Source of the DNA: Sphyrna mokarran
Taxonomy: Eukaryota
Assembly (NCBI GenBank): GCA_024679065.1
Contig: JAGIQG010000040.1
Span: 6,820,001 to 6,884,000, forward strand
Direction: 5' to 3'
DNA: 64,000 nt
The number at the start of each line of letters is the position of its first letter. The stretch's first letter is position 1. The position numbers and the translations under genes are program-made. Below are positions 12,789 through 24,557 of the stretch, piece after piece. The notes under the pieces were generated by a model. It was given only the letters and a program-made list of their open reading frames with translations. It was not told where the DNA came from and ran no database searches.

Positions 12789-15120
12789 CCAACTAGAGGT
12801 GAGGCTACATTGGATTTGGTGCTGGGCAATGAGCCAGACCAAGTGTTAGGCTTGGAAGTTAGTGAACATTTTGGTGATAGTGACCACAATTCGGTTACGT
12901 TCACCTTAGTGATGGACAGGGATAGGCATGAAGCTGGGGGCAGTAGTTATAGCTGGGGGAAGGGTAATTATGAGGCCATCAGGAGAGAATTAGGGTGCAT
13001 AGATTGGACTAGGAAACTACAGGGACTGGGAACATCTGGAATGTGGAGCTTATTCAAGGAGCAGCTGCTGCGAGTCCTTGATAAGTATGTCCCTGTCAGG
13101 CAAGGAGGAAATGGTCGAGTAAGAGAACCTTGGTGTACGAAAAAAGTTGATTTGCTGGTTAAAAGGAAAAAGGAGGCTTATGTCAGGATGAGGCTTGAAG
13201 GCTCGGTTAGTGCAATGGATAGCTATAGATTAGCCAGGAGGGAGCTAAAGTGTGAATTGAGGAGAGCTAAGAGAGGACACGAGAAGACTTTGGCTGATAG
13301 GATTAGAGAGAATCCTAAAGCTTTCTTTAGATATGTTAAGAATAGAAGATTGGTTAGGGCAAGATTAGGGCCAGTCATAGACAGCAGTGGGAAGTTGTGC
13401 GTGGAGCCTGAAGAGATTGGAGAGGCACTAAATAAATATTTCTCTTCGGTATTCACGCAGGGAGATGTAAATGTAGTTGTGGAGAACACTGAGGTACAGG
13501 GTTGCAAACTGGAAAGTATTGAAGTAGATAGGGAGGATGTGCTAGATATTCTCGAGGGTTTGAAGTTGGATAAGTCCCCTGGGCCGGACGGGATTTACCC
13601 TAGGATTCTCTGGGAGGCAAGAGAGGAGATTGCAGAGCCTCTGGCTCTGATCTTCAGGTCGTCGTTGGTTACGGGTATGGTTCCGGAAGACTGGAGGATA
13701 GCGAATGTGGTCCCATTGTTCAAGAAGGGGAAGAGAGACCTTCCAGGGAATTATAGGCCAGTGAGTCTTACTTCTGTTGTGGGCAAAGTATTGGAGAGAA
13801 TTATTAGGGATAGGATTTATAGTTATTTAGAGAGAAATGAATTGATTGGGGATAGTCAGCATGGTTTTGTGAAGGGTAGGTCGTGCCTTACTAACCTCAT
13901 TGAGTTTTTTGAAAAAGTGACCAAAGAGGTGGATGGGGGTAAGGCGGTTGATGTGGTATATATGGACTTTAGTAAGGCGTTTGATAAGGTGGCCCATGGA
14001 AGACTTCTGCAGAAAATGCAGATGTATGGGATAGAGGGTGATTTAGCTAATTGGTTAGGAATTGGCTAGCAGATAGAAGACAGAGGGTGGTGGTTGATGG
14101 GAGATATTCATCGTGGAGTTCGGTTACTAGTGGTGTACCTCAGGGATCTGTTTTGGGGCCCCTGCTGTTTGTAATTTTTATAAATGATCTGGATGAGGGT
14201 ATTGAAGGATGGATTAGTAAATTTGCAGATGACACTAAAGTCGGTGGAGTGGTAGATAGTGAAGAAGGGTGTTATAGTTTGCAGAGAGACTTGGACAAGT
14301 TGCAGAGCTGGGCCGAGAGGTGGCAAATGGCGTTTAATGTGGAAAAGTGTGAGGTAATGCACTTTGGCAGGAATAATAAATGTGTAGAGTATAGGGCTAA
14401 TGGTAGGATTCTTAATAGTGTTGATGAACAGAGGGATCTTGGTGTATATGTGCATAGATCCCTGAAAGTAGGCAGTCAAGTCGATAAGGTTGTTAAGAAG
14501 GCATACGGAGTCTTAGCTTTTATTGGTAGGGGGATTGAATTTCGGAGCCGCAACGTCATGTTGCAACTGTACAAAACTCTAGTGCGGCCGCACTTGGAGT
14601 ATTGTATGCAGTTCTGGTCCCCACATTATAAGAAAGATGTGGAGGCATTGGAGAGGGTACAGAGGAGGTTTACCAGGATGTTGCCTGGTATGGAGGGCAG
14701 TTCTTATGAAGAGAGGCTGAGGGATTTGAGGTTGTTTTCGTTAGAAAGGAGGCGGCTAAGAGGGGACCTAATCGAAACATATAAGATGATTAGAGGTTTA
14801 GATAGGGTGGACAGTGATAGCCTTTTTCCTAGGATGGAAAAAGCTAGCACGAGGGGACACAGCTTTAAATTAAGGGTGATAGTTATAGGACGGATATCAG
14901 AGGTAGGTTCTTTACCCAAAGGGTGGTTCGGGAGTGGAATGCCCTGCCTGCAGCAGTTGTAGATGCGCCAAGTTTGGTGGCGTTTAAGAGGTTAGTTGAT
15001 AAGTATATGGAAGAGAAGGGAATGGTTTAGTTTGGAGGGGCATTGCTTTTTATATTGGTCGGCGCAACATCGAAGGCCGAAGGGCCTGTTCTGTGCTGTA
15101 ATGTTCTATGTTCTATGTTC
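12789..15120 (+). mobile_element. Young CR1 LINE, 5'-truncated ORF2 (end of APE domain, tether, RT) with frameshifts
   Basis: ORFs 12771-14069 and 14051-14962: SDHN, NYRPVSLTS, QHGF, GVPQGSVLGP, FADD; (TTCTATG)n tail. Confidence 0.95.
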
Positions 15121-15304
15121 AATTCCCAATGTTATTCCAGTTACAATAAATTGCTGTTAATTAAACGGTAGGCAGATGAATCTGATAAAATAAAGTATAA
15201 CTATCGTACTTCTTTGGCATGAAATTTAATGAAAAGAAAATTAATTTCATGAAAAGTTTTTAAATTAATTAAACCCCGCCTCTAAAAAAAATCCCACAAC
15301 AGTT

Positions 15305-18300
15305 TGGCAATGATATGGGATAATCTTGGACCCGATAGTCAGGTGAATACTTCCCTCAGAATGATGAGTACATACTTTATATTGCTCACCTTTCTCTAGT
15401 AGACGGAGGAGACAGTCTGAATCACGGGATCCGTCAGACATCTGGATCCCTTGGGGGTCACAGGCAAAAAAATGTTTTTTGTTTGAAAAAGAGTATTGGC
15501 GCAAAAGTATGGTTTGGGATAGCAACTGACCCACATTCAGCAGGTTCTGCAACGACATGCTGATTATATAGAGTTTTAAAGAGTATAGCACAAAATTGTG
15601 GGTCAGGCTGCAACTTACCCACAGGTTCCACAAGGAGACGCTGATTGTATAGCGAAGGGCGTGTAAAACAGGAAACTAAGAGTTAGTTTCATTGAGACAG
15701 TGGTGCAACAATGCCACACATTTATTTGTTAAAACAGACCATTTAGACAAACTGGAGATTTAAATGGTAGTTAAAAGATGGATAAGTTGTAAAACAGAAG
15801 ATACAACTTAAAGAAAAAGAGAACATAAAAACATAAGAAATAGAAGCAGGAGTAGGCCATGTAGCCCTTCGAGCCTGCCCCACCATTTAATAAGATCATG
15901 ACTGATCTGAAGTAAACAGTTCAGGCCCCAACACCAATCCTGCGGTGTTAAGAGTTAAACGGTTATTCAACAAAACAAACTTGTAAAAAAAAATTATAAC
16001 TAAAAAGAAATCATTTAAAAAATGGTTTAAAATGACACAGTTCCAAAGTCCAAAAATGCTTTCTGTGTAAAAATGACATATTGCCAATGATTTCTGTAAA
16101 CAATCCAAGTTTGTGACAAGCAGAAACTTAACCCATTCAGTCCTAAACAGGACTTTGTGTTTTAATATTTGCAGCAATTAACATGAATTGTTAATCCAAA
16201 TCAAAATATAATAGGAAAGGGGAAGAATGTCTCGTGGAAATTACACAAAATAGAGTGGGTGGGGAAGTGTGAACTTTACATTTGCCCCTGTTGGATATTT
16301 TGTGATAACAACGCCAATTAAGTTAGGGCTATTCAACAATGGCAGTGACCTAACAGCGTTTTGATTAGATTGTGAGTAGAAATTTAAATTTAAAATCAGC
16401 AAACTAATCATGAGAATGAGATAAGTAATCCAAAACGCAGAGTTCATTTAGTTAAAAATTTTAAATAAAGTTGAAAATCACAATAGATATAAGGTGGACT
16501 CAGAAGAGAATTAATTCAATAGAATAAATAAACATGGAAGGAATTAAACAGGATGATAGATTGACATCAGAAAGCCCATATCAGTCACATAGGAAGAATG
16601 TGTTAAAGCAAGCGAATTTAATACAACAATGAGATGAATAAGAATTAAAAATTAATAAATTACTAACTGGAATCAAATTAAAAGGTAGACTTCTGTTTCA
16701 GATTTTATTATGTTATAGAAGTCAGTTTCACAGCAGAGAAACCTCGTAAATTGTTAACTGCAAAATGACAACAGTGATAATATGGATTTCTGGATGCATA
16801 TGGAGACAGGGCTAGAAGGACTGAATTGTATCAAGATAATTGATACGAGGACAATTATATCACCAACAGACTTGAATTTACCAACCATTGATCAAACAAT
16901 AGAATAACATAGAGTTACTGGGAGATTTAAATTCACAATGCTCAGTACACCAATAATTAAAAAAAAACATGTGTCAACATAAAGAAGGAAGAATTCTGGG
17001 GATAGAGTTACTGTCTAGTTGGGGGTGGTAGAACATAGAACATTACAGTGCAGAACAAGGCCTTTGGCCTTCGATGTTGCGCCGACCAATTAGGAAAAAG
17101 CAATGACCCTCTAACCTAAACCATTCCCTTTTCGTCCATAAACTTATCTACTAACCTCTTAAACGCCACCAAACTTTGCACATCTACAACTGCAGCATGC
17201 AGGGCATTCCATACCCTTACCACCCTCATTGCTTTTTAATCAATGATTTGATTTGAATCAATGATCAAAGATTTAATCAATGGAGAAAGGCTTACTAGAG
17301 AGAAAAAAAGATCAGCAAGACAAGTGAATACAGGTTTTTACTGACGTAAAATCAGCCCTAACTATGGCTCCAGCTTTAGGATCATTAAACCTCAGTAAAT
17401 CATTTCACATTTTTTGCCAAGTGATGACTTAAAAGCAGCTGTGGACAATCAGCTGTGTACAAAAGAATCACTGGAAAGAAGGGAATTACAAAGCATATTT
17501 AGCAGCTAAAAGATTATTAGAACAAACATTAGAGGAAACCCAATTAACTGATATAGCTGCTATACAAACCAAAAATGACACTGAATTAGACATAAAACAT
17601 ATTCAAGAGCATGTCTTAGAAGAAGAGTAAAATACTTGGAAAGAATTGGGAGGAAAGGAAGAATGGGATGGAATATAGAAGAAAGATGAGAAAATAATAG
17701 TGTGGAAGCAATACACCAAATACTGAATTTATATCATGGAGTAGCACACACTAGCAGAGGTAAAATGACACCTTAATTAAGAATTGTTGTTGGTGGAAGG
17801 GTATGGAGAAACGATCAACAAGTTCTGAAAAAATGCATTCAGTGTGCTCAAATTAAACAAGGTCGACATTGCAAAATAAAATGGAAAACTAACCTAGACC
17901 CAAGGGACCATGGGGAAACTTCAAATGAACTTCATAGGACCTTTACCAAGGAAGAAAAGGAAATTTATTGTTCAGTAATGATTGATCAATTCAATTCAAT
18001 TCATTCCCATGTGAAGATGCAACAGCCAAAACAGTGGCTTTGATATTAACCAATGAAATCATACCCCGAAGGGGAATACAATTACAATTGGACTCAGATC
18101 AAGGAACTCACTTCACTGGGAGGGTTTTGAGAGAAGTAGGTAGAATGTTAGGGATTAAAGAGAAATTTCACTTACCATATCATTCATTGAGCTCAGGGAT
18201 GATAGAATGAATGAACAGAATATTGAAATAACAGTTTGGTTAAAACCATATTAGAGGGAGGAAATAATTGGGTGCAGGCCAAAGAGCCACTGTTTATAAT

Positions 18301-20150
18301 AAAACGTTAAATTTGTGATTAATGTTTATAATAAAATGTTAAATTTGTCAGTAAAACTGCAGAATTGTATATACAAAAATTAAATCAACCATCCATTGAA
18401 GAAAGAAAGCAACAATGGATAACAAGCTAGAACAATCTTTGGACAAGGAACAAAAACAGCATTGCTAAAATATTGTTCTTAGCATAAATACAATTTGAGT
18501 AATAACAAATGGTAAAAAAATTATATTACATTTTGTAATAATATGTATGTTTTGTACACTGCAAGTAAATATCAGGAGTTAACAGACACATCTGTATTTG
18601 GCGTACATTTATACCAGAACAGTTGATGTATCTGAAAGTTGGTATGTAATCATATACCAATTCATGCAAGGTAGAGGTCTCCTTTATGGATAATCCCTTT
18701 AAGGTGGGAGGAATTAATGATATGCGATCAATTAACCCAATTATTCAGGAAACCTAGAGGAAGGGCAATGGGATTTACAAAGAAGTGTGAAAGTGCTGAT
18801 ATCTTTACTTGAATAAATACTTGTATTCAATATAGCCAAACGAGCACCCAATTCTAATTGGTACAAGATGAGGGGAACATGTAATATTATGCGTCACGGT
18901 GATCAGGGAAGCATAGATATTGGGATTAGTAAATTAAATCTATACCATGGACGTCAGGAGCATGATTTGCTTAAGCCCATTGGAAGATGATCACATGTAT
19001 AATATTCAATATACCCAACAGTTATTGGAACTTATTGGATTTGTAGAAGCAAATTTTTCGCAGATTAGAATGGAGTTTTTACTTAGAATATGTAGTTCCA
19101 CGTATTTACCACACTAATCAATTACCAGAGGAAACTGCCAGACATCGACGTATTGCAGTGGGCATAGACTATTTCTTTGGAATAATGATGCCAAGATATT
19201 TACATGTAATACTGACAATGGAATTGGAACATATTGTTTATCTTAGAAAGGGTAGCTAATGGCACTCGGCTACTGCTTTATTACAAATAAAATAGTAGCA
19301 ATGCGTACAGTTGTGTTACAGAATGAGATGACGTTGGACTTCATCTTGCAGCAATCGGAAACTGGATCCAAATGCTGCGCCTACATACCAGCAATTTCGG
19401 AGAATAACACCAATCTAGTAACTCATATTTGGAAGGAGGTCAAGAAGATAGAAAAAAACAGAGCTATTCTCTCTGGAAAAATGGAAACAGGATAGGTTGG
19501 AATATTGGGAAATATTAATAGGAGCGACATATCTTTTTGTTTATTGATTATTGTAACTATAATGCTACTCAAATGTTATTGTTCGAGCACATGTCAGAAA
19601 TGCAAGAGCAGTATTGATTAAGGAAGAGAAGGAAGAATTACCAATGATTTCAACTTATTTAGATGTTCCAATTTATGATATTGAATACAATAGTGTATCC
19701 TTTTAAAACAAGAACCCAAAGAGAAAATGCTGGAAAATCTCAGCAGGACTGGCAACATTTGAAAAGAGAGAAAAGAGTTGACATTTTGAGTCCAGACGAC
19801 CTTCTGCCAGAGCTTTCATAAAGGATCATCTGGACTCGAAACATCAGCTCTTTTCTCTCCTTACAGATGCTGCCAGAGCTGCTGAGATTTTCCAGCATTT
19901 TCTCTTTTGGTTTAGATTCCAGCATCCACAGTATTTTAAAATGAGAACCTTTTTTCAATAAAAACAATTAATACTTTATAAGTGTCATCGGGCTCGTTGG
20001 ACCGAAGGGCCTGTTTCCTGTGCTGTTTTGTTCTTTGTTCTTTAACACATTGAGTGTAAAGAAAATAAGTAGAATAGGATAGACAACATTAATAGAGTTT
20101 TCAGACACAATTTTGGACTTGTACTGCTTTTATACGGCCAACAGGAGGAA
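15305..20150 (+). mobile_element. Decayed endogenous retrovirus (class I, gamma/epsilon-like): PBS, pro, RT connection, integrase, env, PPT
   Basis: PBS-like TGGCAATGATATGGGAT 15305-15321 (tRNA-Ser-like) after ...AACAgtt; KSALTMAPALG (~17350); YHGVAH / KCIQCAQ zinc motif; LQMNFIGPLP and LDSDQGTHFTG integrase core (17.9-18.2 kb); env GTYWIC, RHRR, LQNEMTLDFIL...CCAYIP (19.0-19.4 kb); purine tract ACAGGAGGAA at ~20141. Confidence 0.8.
17029..17227 (-). mobile_element. Young CR1 3' end fragment inserted in the ERV
   Basis: TAGAACATAGAACA tail and 3' UTR matching the young CR1 family. Confidence 0.85.
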
Positions 20151-20354
20151 TTGCAGTTGAGAATTCTGATTAGCTGCTAATAATCTTTATGTCAGGTATT
20201 TAGAATTAATGTTTTAATATGTAGTTTGAGAATAATACAAAAATGTCTGTAACATCGTAATGTCTCCCAGAAGTGTTTTTAACATGCTGGGGAAAATAAA
20301 TCCAATAGATAAAGGTGACTTCAATAGAACCGGTTTAAATTGGTTAGAGAAAAG

Positions 20355-21745
20355 CTTAATCCAGGATAGTCAACAGAGATTCGTGAAGGGTAAATCTTGC
20401 CTCACAAATTTGATTGAATTCTTTGAGGAGGTAACTAAGTGTGTGGATGAAGGTACAGCAGTTAATGTCGAATACATGGATTTCAGTAAGGCGTTTGATA
20501 AGTTCCCCACGGGGCTCATGAAGAGGGTAAGGGGGTATGGGATAAAAGGAAATTTGGCCTATTGTGTAAGTAACTGGCTGTCTCATAGAAGACAGAGGGT
20601 GGTGGTGGAGGAAAATTTTCAGACTGGAAGCCAGTTACCAGTGGTGTACCACAGGGGTCAGTGCTGAGTCCTCTGCTCTTTGTGATTTTTATCAATGACT
20701 TGGAAAAGGGGACTGAAGGGTGGGTTAGTAAATTTGCTGATGATATCAGGATTGGTGGAGTAGTGAATGAGGTGGAAGAATCTTTCAGGCTGCAAAGAGA
20801 CATTGATAGCTTGTAGAGCTGGGCCAAAAAGTGGCAGATAAGTGCGAGGTGATTCATTTTGGTAGGACAAGCTTGAATGTGGATTACAGGATGAATGACA
20901 GGGTTCTGAGGAATGTGGAGGAACAGAGAGATATTGGGGTTCATATCCACACAACTCTGAAGGTTGCCACTTAAGTGCTTAGAGCCACGAAGAGGGCTTA
21001 TAGTGTGTTAGCATTTATGAAAGAGGGTTTGAGTTTAAGAGCCATGGGGTGATACTGCAACTATACCAGACCTTGCTGAGTCCACATTTGGAATATTGTG
21101 TTCAGTTCTGGTCACTTTACTATAAGAAGGATGTCGAAGCAGTGGAGAGAGTACAGGGGAGAATTATCAGGATGCTGCCTGGTTTAGAACATAGAACACA
21201 ACAGCACAAATAGGCTCTTCGACCCACAAGTTGCGCCGATCATACTCATACCTACTAGGCCATCTATCTGTAACTCCCAATCCCATTTAATCCCATGTAC
21301 TCATCCAGAAGTCTTTTAAAAGACCCCAGTGAGTTCGCCTCCACCTTCACAATGGCAGCTGATTCCATTCACTCACCACCCTCTGAGTGAAACACTTACC
21401 CCTAATATCTCCTCTGTACTTGCTACTCAGCACCTTAAATCTGTGTCCTCTCGTAGCGACCATTTCAGCTCTGGGAAATAGCCTCCAAGAATCCGCCCTA
21501 TCTATTCCTTCCAACATTTTATAAACCTCTATCAGCTCACCTCTCAACCTTCATCTCTCCAGGGAGAAGAGTCCCAGCTCCCTCAACCTATCTTCATAGG
21601 GCATGCCTCCCAATCCAGGCAACATCCTTGTAAATCTCCTCTGCACCCTCTCAATAGCTTCCACATCCTTCCTATAGTGAGGCGACCAGAACTGCACACA
21701 GCACTCCAAGTGGGGTCTGTCAAGAGTCTTATAAAGTTGCAAGAA
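20355..21745. mobile_element. Older CR1 RT fragment (+, ~20355-21185) and second-subfamily CR1 3' end (-, ~21186-21745)
   Basis: KSCLTNLIEFFEEVT and CVQFWSPHYRKDVEA motifs in the ORF track; CR1 tail at 21186. Confidence 0.85.
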
Positions 21746-21843
21746 ACTGCAAAACTTGTAAGAAACTGCTAATGAAATACTGCACTGAGAAAACAGCAGC
21801 AGTGATTCTCGGAACAGTGAGTGCATTCAGTCTAACGAACGCT

Positions 21844-21943
21844 TTCCCTTGGCTGTGGTTTCGCTAGATGGTAGGAAGGGACAATGGGAATCTCGTTCAT
21901 CCATTCATGCGCATCACTCATTAGATGACGAGGCATTTGGCTA
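21844..21943 (-). rRNA. 100-bp 28S rRNA fragment (orphon) starting exactly at the R2 insertion site
   Basis: Minus strand TAGCCAAATGCCTCGTCATCTAATGAGTGATGCGCATGAATGGATGAACGAGATTCCCATTGTCCCTTCCTACCATCTAGCGAAACCACAGCCAAGGGAA; about 5-6 mismatches to the conserved vertebrate 28S sequence as recalled. Confidence 0.92.
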
Positions 21944-23193
21944 TTTTCAGGAGACACCCTGGAGAGCATCTTGTTCGAATTTTATTGTCGCTGCACTTCT
22001 GAAAGGAATCAGAACTTCATCCACCAGATGTTACCACAGCCCTTAGGCGATAGGCAGAAACAGAGAATTGATCTCAGTACGATATGGCCACAACCCCCAT
22101 AATTGCAGACAAGCAGACTGAATCACACCACTGGGACGTATATTGGGAAGGCTAGTTATTGCTCATTTGTTCAGAGCCGTTTACCCATAAAACATCATTT
22201 GATGCTACAAAGCGGTTTTTATTAAGTAACACACCACAACAGTACAACAAGCAACACAACAATTCCCACAACGCAACCGTAACATGATACCCGCTTGCAC
22301 AACCCGGAAGCTATATCGATCGCCGTCTAACCATACGCCACCCCTCGGGGCATGGAAGATTTCATGTTATTTTTGGTAGTATGAGAGGTTCCTGCGAACC
22401 TACTCCTTCACATCATCATCTGGATTGTGATCACCATGAACGTGATGGGGCACCAACGACCATTCATGTCATCACACCAGGTGTGGTATATGTGACTCCC
22501 CTTGAAACCGAGTGTCTGGGCTGGAGGTCTCGATAAGGTTTCTGCTACCTTGATAGGCACAATCTGCATCCTTCGGGTCCAATGCAAATCACCAACTACC
22601 CCCGGGACAGGCTGGAATCTGTTTCGTCAAAGTTTCTTTAAATTACCGTGTTTACAAGTACAGGAGCATGTTTGGCGGTTCTCAGCTAGTCGGCTCCCTT
22701 GCAAACCTGATCAGGTTAAGGCTTACCTACCCTGCAGGGCCCTCGACCAGGCTCGACTCACTGTGGTCTAGAACGCCAAGATAACTGCGGTTAAGCAGAT
22801 TCAGCCACAAACTACTCCAACAATACCACGTGTATCATGCTGGCAGTTTGGGTGGTAGTCGTCATGGGTTAGCATGAATTGCACCTGCTATTTGTTTCTC
22901 GACCAGTCAACAAATATCATCCCTAGCGCCCTCAGGGATGATACCAGGTGGTTTCAGCGGAAGGGCATGACTCGCTGTGCTATAGAAACCAGAAAATTCA
23001 TACAGCTACCTGAGATTGGCAATTCTGGATGGAGCCTTTGCGCATGAATGGAATGAAAAACCAATCTCAACCAACCTGTTTGCAACTGCACTCTGACAGA
23101 GGACAGAAGTGCAATTTCATCCGCATTCACTCCTCAGCCAGTTGCTTTAGCCATCGCCACATGGCCGTAGCAGCGATGCTTCCGGCGGGACCA
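21944..23193 (-). mobile_element. Candidate non-autonomous (internally deleted) R2-derived element
   Basis: 3' end ...CCTGAAAA joined directly to 28S TAGCC; HDV-ribozyme 3' half at the 5' end; no RT or endonuclease ORF visible inside. Confidence 0.65.
23141..23193 (-). ncRNA. 3' half of an R2-type HDV-like self-cleaving ribozyme (truncated)
   Basis: TGG-TCCCGCC-GG-AAG-CATCGCTGC(9-nt loop)GTGGCGATG-GCTAA-AGCAAC = P3', P1', P1.1, P4, J4/2, P2'. TCCCGCC is complementary to 28S GGCGGGA at -28 from the R2 site. Confidence 0.6.
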
Positions 23194-23222
23194 TTGAATT
23201 ATTATTACCATTATTATTACCG

Positions 23223-24557
23223 TTGGAGAGAATTATTAGGGATAGGATTTATAATTATTTAGAGAGAAATGAATTGATTGGGGATAGTCAGCATGGTTTT
23301 GTGAAGGGTAGGTCGTGCCTTACTAACCTCATTGAGTTTTTTGAAAAAGTGACCAAAGAGGTGGATGGGGGTAAGGCGGTTGATGTGGTATATATGGACT
23401 TTAGTAAGGCGTTTGATAAGGTGGCCCATGGAAGACTTCTGCAGAAAATGCAGATGTATGGGATAGAGGGTGATTTAGCTAATTGGATTAGGAATTGGCT
23501 AGCAGATAGAAGACAGAGGGTGGTGGTTGATGGGAGATATTCATCGTGGAGTTCGGTGACAAGTGGTGTACCTCAGGGGTCTGTTTTGGGGCCCCTGCTG
23601 TTTGTAATTTTTATAAATGATCTGGATGAGGGTATTGAAGGATGGATTAGTAAATTTGCAGATGACACTAAAGTCGGTGGAGTGGTAGATAGTGAAGAGG
23701 GGTGTTATAGTTTGCAGAGGGACTTGGACAAGTTGCAGAGCTGGGCCGAGAGGTGGCAAATGGAGTTTAATGTGGAAAAGTGTGAGGTAATGCACTATGG
23801 CAGAAATAATAAATGTGTAGAGTATAGGGCTAATGGTAGGATTCTTAATAGTGTTGATGAACAGAGGGATCTTGGTGTATATGTGCATAGATCCCTGAAA
23901 GTAGGCAGTCAAGTCGATAAGGTTGTTAAGAAGGCATATGGAGTCTTAGCTTTTATTGGTAGGGGGATTGAATTTCGGAGCCGCAACGTCATGTTGCAAC
24001 TGTACAAAACTCTAGTGCGGCCGCACTTGGAGTATTGTGTGCAGTTCTGGTCCCCACATTATAAGAAAGATGTGGAGGCATTGGAGAGGGTACAGAGGAG
24101 GTTTACCAGGATGTTGCCTGGTATGGAGGGCAGGTCTTATGAAGAGAGGCTGAGGGATTTGCGGTTGTTTTCGTTAGAAAGGAGGCGGCTAAGAGGGGAC
24201 CTTATCGAAACATATAAGATGATTAGAGGTTTAGATAGGGTGGACAGTGATAGCCTTTTTCCTAGGATGGAGAAAGCTAGCACGAGGGGACACAGCTTTA
24301 AATTAAGGGGTGATAGTTATAGGACGGATATCAGAGGTAGGTTCTTTACCCAAAGGGTGGTTAGGGAGTGGAATGCCCTGCCTGCAGCAGTTGTAGATGC
24401 GCCAAGTTTGGTGGCGTTTAAGAGGTTAGTTGATAAGTATATGGAAGAGAAGGGAATGGTTTAGTTTGGAGGGTCATTGCTTTTTATATTGGTCGGCGCA
24501 ACATCGAAGGCAGAAGGGCCTGTTCTGTGCTGTAATGTTCTATGTTCTATGTTCTAT
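23223..24557 (+). mobile_element. Young CR1 LINE, 5'-truncated, open RT and C-terminal frame (413 aa)
   Basis: ORF 23223-24464 with QHGF/GVPQG/FADD; (TTCTATG)n tail; 12-bp tandem filler ATTATTATTACC x2 at the 5' junction. Confidence 0.95.

Noticed and set aside
21844-21943. Functional 28S rRNA gene or rDNA unit
   Set aside because: Only 100 bp with substitutions, and no other rDNA on either side.
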